From Auanema rhodensis (Eukaryota; Animalia; Nematoda): 64,000 nucleotides of DNA. Positions 44,101-54,100 of this stretch are shown here, piece by piece. The stretch covers positions 4,774,001-4,838,000 of the forward strand of contig OZ059896.1 in NCBI GenBank assembly GCA_964057225.1. Reading direction: 5' to 3'. How positions within the stretch are numbered: position 1 is the first letter of the stretch; every line of letters starts with the position of its first letter. Below the pieces are notes generated by a model. That model was not told the origin of the DNA. It did no database searches and saw only the letters and a list, made by a program, of their open reading frames with translations. A program made the translations under genes and the position numbers.

Positions 44101-45622
44101 TCAAGCCAGCGCAAATCTGATAGTACACATCGACGCAGCTTAAAAATCCGCATCGAATGCACTATACTACATTGAGAAACGCTTAATACAAAAATTAGTT
44201 ATGATCGTTTGAAAAATGATGCATTAGTGTATGTTGAGTTTCCATGTACACTCCAAATTGCTTCCAAAAACATTTTGACAAAAATTTTTTCAAAAAATTT
44301 CAAAATAATTTAGCGAAAAGTAGATGTTTTTAGATTCCTTTTTTCAAGGCAAAAACGATGGACAATGTTATTCAACGAAAAAATTAATTCTTCAGGGTGA
44401 AAATCGAGGATATAGGTGTGAACTTATATCAGTTGATATCTCGGTGCATTTTTAAGCTAGCGCAAATCTGATAGTACAGATCGACGCAGCGTAATAATCC
44501 GCATCGAATGCACTATACTACATTGAGAAACGCTTAATACAAAAATTAGTTATGATCTTTTGAAAAATGATGCATTAGTGTATGTTGAGTTTCCATGTAC
44601 ACTCAAAATTGCTTCCAAAAACATTTTGACAAAAATTTTTTCGAAAAATTTCAAAATAATTTAGCAAAAAGTAGATGTTTTTAGATTCCTTTTTTCAAGG
44701 CAAAAACGATGGACAATGTTATTCAACGAAAAAATTAATTCTTCAGGGTGAAAATCGAGGATATAGGTGTGAACTTATATCAGTTGATATCTCGGTGCAT
44801 TTTCAAGCCAGCGCAAATCTGATAGTACACATCGACGCAGCTTAAAAATCCGCATCGAATGCACTATACTACATTGAGAAACGCTTAATACAAAAATAAG
44901 TTATGATCGTTTGAAAAATGATGCATTAGTGTATGTTGAGTTTCCATGTACACTCCAAATTGCTTCCAAAAACATTTTGACAAAAATTTTTTCAAAAAAT
45001 TTCAAAATAATTTAGCGAAAAGTAGATGTTTTTAGATTCCTTTTTTCAAGGCAAAAACGATGGACAATGTTATTCAACGAAAAAATTAATTCTTCAGGGT
45101 GAAAATCGAGGATATAGGTGTGAACTTATATCAGTTGATATCTCGGTGCATTTTTAAGCTAGCGCAAATCTGATAGTACAGATCGACGCAGCTTAATAAT
45201 CCGCATCGAATGCACTATACTACATTGAGAAACGCTTAATACAAAAATTAGTTATGATCTTTTGAAAAATGATGCATTAGTGTATGTTGAGTTTCCATGT
45301 ACACTCAAAATTGCTTCCAAAAACATTTTGACAAAAATTTTTTCGAAAAATTTCAAAATAATTTAGCAAAAAGTAGATGTTTTTAGATTCCTTTTTTCGA
45401 GGCAAAAACGATGGACAATGTTATTCAACGAAAAAATTAATTCTTCAGGGTGAAAATCGAGGATATAAGTGTGAACTTATATCAGTTGATATCTCGGTGC
45501 ATTTTCGAGCTAGCGCAAATCTGATAGTACAGATCGACGCAGCTTAAAAATCCGCATCGAATGCACTATACTACATTGAGAAACGCTTAATACAAAAATA
45601 AGTTATGATCGTTTGAAAAATG
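23111..45622 (+). repeat. SatA subfamily A2 domain
   Basis: Monomers carry aaggcaaaaacg, ttttcga, tttagc, acaatg, caacga, cagggtg and attgag. The TAG in tttagc explains why the 63-aa ORF disappears after 22990. Confidence 0.92.
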
Positions 45623-48595
45623 CCTTGAAAAAAGGAATCTAAAAACATCTACTTTTTGCTAAATTATTTTGAAATTTTTCGAAAAAATTTTTGTCAAAAT
45701 GTTTTTGGAAGCAATTTTGAGTGTACATGGAAACTCAACATACACTAATGCATCATTTTTCAAACGATCATAACTTATTTTTGTATTAAGCGTTTCTCAA
45801 TGTAGTATAGTGCATTCGATGCGGATTTTTAAGCTGCGTCGATCTGTACTATCAGATTTGCGCTAGCTCGAAAATGCACCGAGATATCAACTGATATAAG
45901 TTCACACTTATATCCTCGATTTTCACCCTGAAGAATTAATTTTTTCGTTGAATAACATTGTCCATCGTTTTTGCCTCGAAAAAAGGAATCTAAAAACATC
46001 TACTTTTTGCTAAATTATTTTGAAATTTTTCGAAAAAATTTTTGTCAAAATGTTTTTGGAAGCAATTTTGAGTGTACATGGAAACTCAACATACACTAAT
46101 GCATCATTTTTCAAAAGATCATAACTAATTTTTGTATTAAGCGTTTCTCAATGTAGTATAGTGCATTCGATGCGGATTATTAAGCTGCGTCGATCTGTAC
46201 TATCAGATTTGCGCTAGCTTAAAAATGCACCGAGATATCAACTGATATAAGTTCACACCTATATCCTCGATTTTCACCCTGAAGAATTAATTTTTTCGTT
46301 GAATAACATTGTCCATCGTTTTTGCCTTGAAAAAAGGAATCTAAAAACATCTACTTTTCGCTAAATTATTTTGAAATTTTTTGAAAAAATTTTTGTCAAA
46401 ATGTTTTTGGAAGCAATTTGGAGTGTACATGGAAACTCAACATACACTAATGCATCATTTTTCAAACGATCATAACTAATTTTTGTATTAAGCGTTTCTC
46501 AATGTAGTATAGTGCATTCGATGCGGATTTTTAAGCTGCGTCGATGTGTACTATCAGATTTGCGCTGGCTTGAAAATGCACCGAGATATCAACTGATATA
46601 AGTTCACACCTATATCCTCGATTTTCACCCTGAAGAATTAATTTTTTCGTTGAATAACATTGTCCATCGTTTTTGCCTTGAAAAAAGGAATCTAAAAACA
46701 TCTACTTTTTGCTAAATTATTTTGAAATTTTTCGAAAAAATTTTTGTCAAAATGTTTTTGGAAGCAATTTTGAGTGTACATGGAAACTCAACATACACTA
46801 ATGCATCATTTTTCAAACGATCATAACTTATTTTTGTATTAAGCGTTTCTCAATGTAGTATAGTGCATTCGATGCGGATTTTTAAGCTGCGTCGATGTGT
46901 ACTATCAGATTTGCGCTGGCTTGAAAATGCACCGAGATATCAACTGATATAAGTTCACACCTATATCCTCGATTTTCACCCTGAAGAATTAATTTTTTCG
47001 TTGAATAACATTGTCCATCGTTTTTGCCTTGAAAAAAGGAATCTAAAAACATCTACTTTTTGCTAAATTATTTTGAAATTTTTCGAAAAAATTTTTGTCA
47101 AAATGTTTTTGGAAGCAATTTTGAGTGTACATGGAAACTCAACATACACTAATGCATCATTTTTCAAAAGATCATAACTAATTTTTGTATTAAGCGTTTC
47201 TCAATGTAGTATAGTGCATTCGATGCGGATTATTAAGCTGCGTCGATCTGTACTATCAGATTTGCGCTAGCTTAAAAATGCACCGAGATATCAACTGATA
47301 TAAGTTCACACCTATATCCTCGATTTTCACCCTGAAGAATTAATTTTTTCGTTGAATAACATTGTCCATCGTTTTTGCCTTGAAAAAAGGAATCTAAAAA
47401 CATCTACTTTTCGCTAAATTATTTTGAAATTTTTTGAAAAAATTTTTGTCAAAATGTTTTTGGAAGCAATTTGGAGTGTACATGGAAACTCAACATACAC
47501 TAATGCATCATTTTTCAAACGATCATAACTAATTTTTGTATTAAGCGTTTCTCAATGTAGTATAGTGCATTCGATGCGGATTTTTAAGCTGCGTCGATGT
47601 GTACTATCAGATTTGCGCTGGCTTGAAAATGCACCGAGATATCAACTGATATAAGTTCACACCTATATCCTCGATTTTCACCCTGAAGAATTAATTTTTT
47701 CGTTGAATAACATTGTCCATCGTTTTTGCCTTGAAAAAAGGAATCTAAAAACATCTACTTTTTGCTAAATTATTTTGAAATTTTTCGAAAAAATTTTTGT
47801 CAAAATGTTTTTGGAAGCAATTTTGAGTGTACATGGAAACTCAACATACACTAATGCATCATTTTTCAAACGATCATAACTTATTTTTGTATTAAGCGTT
47901 TCTCAATGTAGTATAGTGCATTCGATGCGGATTTTTAAGCTGCGTCGATGTGTACTATCAGATTTGCGCTGGCTTGAAAATGCACCGAGATATCAACTGA
48001 TATAAGTTCACACCTATATCCTCGATTTTCACCCTGAAGAATTAATTTTTTCGTTGAATAACATTGTCCATCGTTTTTGCCTTGAAAAAAGGAATCTAAA
48101 AACATCTACTTTTTGCTAAATTATTTTGAAATTTTTCGAAAAAATTTTTGTCAAAATGTTTTTGGAAGCAATTTTGAGTGTACATGGAAACTCAACATAC
48201 ACTAATGCATCATTTTTCAAACGATCATAACTTATTTTTGTATTAAGCGTTTCTCAATGTAGTATAGTGCATTCGATGCGGATTTTTAAGCTGCGTCGAT
48301 CTGTACTATCAGATTTGCGCTAGCTTAAAAATGCACCGAGATATCAACTGATATAAGTTCACACCTATATCCTCGATTTTCACCCTGAAGAATTAATTTT
48401 TTCGTTGAATAACATTGTCCATCGTTTTTGCCTTGAAAAAAGGAATCTAAAAACATCTACTTTTCGCTAAATTATTTTGAAATTTTTTGAAAAAATTTTT
48501 GTCAAAATGTTTTTGGAAGCAATTTTGAGTGTACATGGAAACTCAACATACACTAATGCATCATTTTTCAAACGATCATAACTAATTTTTGTATT
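43132..48595. repeat. Large interrupted palindrome (fold-back duplication) in SatA: arms about 43132-45622 and 45754-48595, 131-bp spacer
   Basis: Rare variants are mirrored. G45399 pairs with C45977 (coordinate sum 91376). After a one-monomer offset, G43262 pairs with C48465 (sum 91727). Confidence 0.9.
45621..45622. other. SatA orientation-switch breakpoint, 2-bp microhomology TG
   Basis: gtttgaaaaa[tg]ccttgaaaaaagg: TG fits both the forward (aaaaatgatg) and inverted (tttttgcctt) registers. Confidence 0.9.
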
Positions 48596-49743
48596 AAGCG
48601 TTTCTCAATGTAGTATAGTGCATTCGATGCGGATTTTTAAGCTGCGTCGATCTGTACTATCAGATTTGCGCTAGCTTGAAAATGCACCGAGATATCAACT
48701 GATATAAGTTCACACTTATATCCTCGATTTTCACCCTGAAGAATTAATTTTTTCGTTGAATAACATTGTCCATCGTTTTTGCCTTGAAAAAAGGAATCTA
48801 AAAACATCTACTTTTTGCTAAATTATTTTGAAATTTTTCGAAAAAATTTTTGTCAAAATGTTTTTGGAAGCAATTTTGAGTGTACATGGAAACTCAACAT
48901 ACACTAATGCATCATTTTTCAAACGATCATAACTTATTTTTGTATTAAGCGTTTCTCAATGTAGTATAGTGCATTCGATGCGGATTTTTAAGCTGCGTCG
49001 ATCTGTACTATCAGATTTGCGCTAGCTCGAAAATGCACCGAGATATCAACTGATATAAGTTCACACTTATATCCTCGATTTTCACCCTGAAGAATTAATT
49101 TTTTCGTTGAATAACATTGTCCATCGTTTTTGCCTTGAAAAAAGGAATCTAAAAACATCTACTTTTCGCTAAATTATTTTGAAATTTTTTGAAAAAATTT
49201 TTGTCAAAATGTTTTTGGAAGCAATTTTGAGTGTACATGGAAACTCAACATACACTAATGCATCATTTTTCAAACGATCATAACTAATTTTTGTATTAAG
49301 CGTTTCTCAATGTAGTATAGTGCATTCGATGCGGATTTTTAAGCTGCGTCGATCTGTACTATCAGATTTGCGCTAGCTTGAAAATGCACCGAGATATCAA
49401 CTGATATAAGTTCACACTTATATCCTCGATTTTCACCCTGAAGAATTAATTTTTTCGTTGAATAACATTGTCCATCGTTTTTGCCTTGAAAAAAGGAATC
49501 TAAAAACATCTACTTTTCGCTAAATTATTTTGAAATTTTTTGAAAAAATTTTTGTCAAAATGTTTTTGGAAGCAATTTTGAGTGTACATGGAAACTCAAC
49601 ATACACTAATGCATCATTTTTCAAACGATCATAACTAATTTTTGTATTAAGCGTTTCTCAATGTAGTATAGTGCATTCGATGCGGATTTTTAAGCTGCGT
49701 CGATCTGTACTATCAGATTTGCGCTAGCTTGAAAATGCACCGA

Positions 49744-49745
49744 GA
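49744..49745. other. SatA/SatB junction, 2-bp microhomology GA, no intervening sequence
   Basis: aaatgcaccga[ga]aaaccgcatctc: SatA would continue tatc, and SatB is normally preceded by tttt or ttat. Confidence 0.92.
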
Positions 49746-51105
49746 AAACCGCATCTCTTTATCTTTCACGTGAAGCGAGTTACATACCAAGTGCACATCA
49801 CGTGTACATTTAATTAGCATAAATTAAAGTTCACGTAAATTTCAAAGTCATGGTTACCATGCACCAATATCAATAAAATTTTGTTTTTAGACTAATATGG
49901 ACATGGGGAATCTAATTTTGAAAACCGCATCTCTTTATTCTTCACGTGAAGCGAGTTACATACCAAGTGCACATCACGTGTACATTTAATTAGCATAAAT
50001 TAAAGTTCACGTAAATTTCAAAGTCATGGTTACCATGCACCAATATCAATGAAATTTTGTTTTTAGACTAATATGGACATGGGGAATCTAATTTTGAAAA
50101 CCGCATCTCTTTATCTTTCACGTGAAGCGAGTTACATACCAAGTGCACATCACGTGTACATTTAACTAGCATAAATTAAAGTTCACGTAAACTTCAAACT
50201 CATGGTTACCATACACCAATATCAATAAAAATTTGTTTTTAGAGTAATATGGACATGGAGAATCTATTTTTAAAAACCGCATCTCTTTATCTTTCACGTG
50301 AATCGAGTTACATACCAAGTGCACATCACGTGTACATTTAATTAGCATAAATTAAAGTTCACGTAAATTTCAAACTCATGGTTACCATGCACCAATATCA
50401 ATAAAAATTTGTTTTTAGACTAATATGGACATGGAGAATCTAATTTTGAAAACCGCATCTCTTTATCTTTCACGTGAAGCGAGTTACATACCAAGTGCAC
50501 ATCACGTGTACATTTAATTAGCATAAATTAAAGTTCACGTAAATTTCAAACTCATGGTTACCATGCACCAATATCAATACAATTTTGTTTTTAGACTAAT
50601 ATGGACATGGGGAATCTAATTTTGAAAACCGCATCTCTTTATCTTTCACGTGCGAGTTACATACCAAGTGCACATCACGTGTACATTTAATTAGCATAAA
50701 TTAAAGTTCACTTAAATTTCAAAGTCATGGTTACCATGCACCAATATCAATAAAAATTTGTTTTTAGACTAATATGGACATGGGGAATCTAATTTTCAAA
50801 ACCGCATCTCTTTATCTTTCACGTGAAGCGAGTTACATACCAAGTGCACATCACGTGTACATTTAATTAGCATAAATTAAAGTTCACTTAAATTTGAAAG
50901 TCATGGTTACCATGCAGCAATATCAATAAAATTTTGTTTTTAGACTAATATGGACATGGGGAATCTAATTTTGAAAACCGCATCTCTTTATCTTTCACGT
51001 GAAGCGAGTTACATACCAAGTGCACATCCCGTGTACATTTAATTAGCATAAATTAAAGTTCACGTAAATTTCAAACTCATGGTTACCATGCACCAATATC
51101 AATAA

Positions 51106-51111
51106 AAATTT
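51106..51111. other. SatB orientation-switch breakpoint, 6-bp self-complementary microhomology AAATTT
   Basis: caatatcaataa[aaattt]acgtgaac: AAATTT fits both registers, and another AAATTT lies at 51066-51071. Confidence 0.92.
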
Positions 51112-54100
51112 ACGTGAACTTTAATTTATGCTAATTAAATGTACACGGGATGTGCACTTGGTATGTAACTCGCTTCACGTGAAAGATAAAGAGATGCGGT
51201 TTTCAAAATTAGATTCCCCATGTCCATATTAGTCTAAAAACAAAATTTTATTGATATTGCTGCATGGTAACCATGACTTTCAAATTTAAGTGAACTTTAA
51301 TTTATGCTAATTAAATGTACACGTGATGTGCACTTGGTATGTAACTCGCTTCACGTGAAAGATAAAGAGATGCGGTTTTGAAAATTAGATTCCCCATGTC
51401 CATATTAGTCTAAAAACAAATTTTTATTGATATTGGTGCATGGTAACCATGACTTTGAAATTTAAGTGAACTTTAATTTATGCTAATTAAATGTACACGT
51501 GATGTGCACTTGGTATGTAACTCGCACGTGAAAGATAAAGAGATGCGGTTTTCAAAATTAGATTCCCCATGTCCATATTAGTCTAAAAACAAAATTGTAT
51601 TGATATTGGTGCATGGTAACCATGAGTTTGAAATTTACGTGAACTTTAATTTATGCTAATTAAATGTACACGTGATGTGCACTTGGTATGTAACTCGCTT
51701 CACGTGAAAGATAAAGAGATGCGGTTTTCAAAATTAGATTCTCCATGTCCATATTAGTCTAAAAACAAATTTTTATTGATATTGGTGCATGGTAACCATG
51801 AGTTTGAAATTTACGTGAACTTTAATTTATGCTAATTAAATGTACACGTGATGTGCACTTGGTATGTAACTCGATTCACGTGAAAGATAAAGAGATGCGG
51901 TTTTTAAAAATAGATTCTCCATGTCCATATTACTCTAAAAACAAATTTTTATTGATATTGGTGTATGGTAACCATGAGTTTGAAGTTTACGTGAACTTTA
52001 ATTTATGCTAATTAAATGTACACGTGATGTGCACTTGGTATGTAACTCGCTTCACGTGAAAGATAAAGAGATGCGGTTTTCAAAATTAGATTCCCCATGT
52101 CCATATTAGTCTAAAAACAAAATTTCATTGATATTGGTGCATGGTAACCATGACTTTGAAATTTACGTGAACTTTAATTTATGCTAATTAAATGTACACG
52201 TGATGTGCACTTGGTATGTAACTCGCTTCACGTGAAGAATAAAGAGATGCGGTTTTCAAAATTAGATTCCCCATGTCCATATTAGTCTAAAAACAAAATT
52301 TTATTGATATTGGTGCATGGTAACCATGACTTTGAAATTTACGTGAACTTTAATTTATGCTAATTAAATGTACACGTGATGTGCACTTGGTATGTAACTC
52401 GCTTCACGTGAAAGATAAAGAGATGCGGTTTTCATAATTAGATTCTCCATGTCCATATTAGTCTAAAAACAAATTTTTATTGATATTGGTTCATGGTAAC
52501 CATGAGTTTGAAATTTACGTGAACTTTAATTTATGCTAATTAAATGTACACGTGATGTGCACTTGGTATGTAACTCGCTTCACGTGAAAGATAAAGAGAT
52601 GCGGTTTTCAAAATTAGATTCCCCATGTCCATATTAGTCTAAAAACAAAATTTTATTGATATTGGTGCATGGTAACCATGACTTTGAAATTTACGTGAAC
52701 TTTAATTTATGCTAATTAAATGTACACGTGATGTGCACTTGGTATGTAACTCGCTTCACGTGAAAGATAAAGAGATGCGTTTTTCAAAATTAGATTCCCC
52801 ATGTCCATATTAGTCTAAAAACAAATTTTTATTGATATTGGTGCATGGTAACCATGAGTTTGAAATTTATGTGAACTTTAATTTATGCTAATTAAATGTA
52901 CACGTGATGTGCACTTGGTATGTAACTCGCTTCACGTGAAAGATAAAGAGATGCGGTTTTCAAAATTAGATTCCCCATGTCCATATTAGTCTAAAAACAA
53001 AATTTTATTGATATTGATGCATGGTAACCATGACTTTGAAATTTAAGTGAACTTTAATTTATGCTAATTAAATGTACACGTGATGTGCACTTGGTATGTA
53101 ACTCGCTTCACGTGAAAGATAAAGAGATGCGGTTTTCAAAATTAGATTCCCCATGTCCATATTAGTCTAAAAACAAATTTTTATTGATATTGGTTCATGG
53201 TAACCATGAGTTTGAAATTTACGTGAACTTTAATTTATGCTAATTAAATGTACACGTGATGTGCACTTGGTATGTAACTCGCTTCACGTGAAAGATAAAG
53301 AGATGCGGTTTTCAAAATTAGATTCCCCATGTCCATATTAGTCTAAAAACAAAATTTTATTGATATTGGTGCATGGTAACCATGACTTTGAAATTTACGT
53401 GAACTTTAATTTATGCTAATTAAATGTACACGTGATGTGCACTTGGTATGTAACTCGCTTCACGTGAAAGATAAAGAGATGCGGTTTTTAAAATTAGATT
53501 CTCCATGTCCATATTAGTCTAAAAACAAATTTTTATTGATATTGGTATATGGTAACCATGAGTTTGAAATTTACGTGAACTTTAATTTATGCTAATTAAA
53601 TGTACACGTGATGTGCACTTGGTATGTAACTCGCTTCACGTGAAAAATAAAGAGATGCGGTTTTCAAAATTAGATTCCCCATGTCCATATTAGTCTAAAA
53701 ACAAAATTTTATTGATATTGGTGCATGGTAACCATGACTTTGAAATTTACGTGAACTTTAATTTATGCTAATTAAATGTACACGTGATGTGCACTTGGTA
53801 TGTAACTCGCTTCACGTGAAAGATAAAGAGATGCGGTTTTCATAATTAGATTCCCCATGTCCATATTAGTCTAAAAACAAAATTTTATTGATATTGGTGC
53901 ATGGTAACCATGACTTTGAAATTTACGTGAACTTTGATTTATGCTAATTAAATGTACACGTGATGTGCACTTGGTATGTAACTCGCTTCACGTGAAAGAT
54001 AAAGAGATGCGTTTTTCAAATATAGATTCCCCATGTCCATATTAGTCTAAAAACAAATTTTTATTGATATTGGTGCATGGTAACCATGAGTTTGAAATTT

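Larger units (their letters stand above)
1..45622 (+). repeat. SatA 351-bp tandem satellite array, forward orientation, about 130 monomers, open at the window start
   Basis: ORF starts recur every 351 bp (686, 1037, 1388...). Lines 1, 7021, 14041, 21061 and 28081 all begin agtgtatgtt (7020 = 20 x 351). The forward match ends at gtttgaaaaatg (45622). Confidence 0.99.
45621..49745 (-). repeat. SatA array, inverted orientation, about 11.7 monomers, A2 type
   Basis: Reverse complement of the 351-bp monomer, starting tgccttgaaaaaaggaatct at 45621 and ending gcaccgaga at 49745. Confidence 0.99.
49744..51111 (-). repeat. SatB 176-bp satellite, inverted relative to the main SatB array, about 7.8 monomers
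   Basis: gaaaaccgcatctc recurs at 176-bp spacing (49744, 49920, 50096...) and is the reverse complement of the downstream array. Confidence 0.99.
49744..52433. repeat. Near-perfect interrupted palindrome in SatB: arms 49744-51071 and 51106-52433 (1328 bp each), 34-bp spacer
   Basis: The coordinate sum is constant at 102177: C51029/G51148, the mirrored ORFs 50166-50348 and 51829-52011, the 3-bp deletion monomer and the private gtgaagaataaag variant. I found one mismatch (C50166 vs A52011). Confidence 0.95.

Noticed and set aside
45675-45686. Palindrome tttttcgaaaaa near the centre of the SatA fold-back spacer as the cause of the fold-back
   Set aside because: It occurs in most A2 monomers, is about 7 bp off the mirror axis (45688) and lies more than 50 bp from the actual breakpoint.
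45621-51111. Simple inversion, or an inserted element with terminal inverted repeats
   Set aside because: The family order is wrong for an inversion. The segment is only satellite that mirrors its own flanks, with no target-site duplication or coding sequence.
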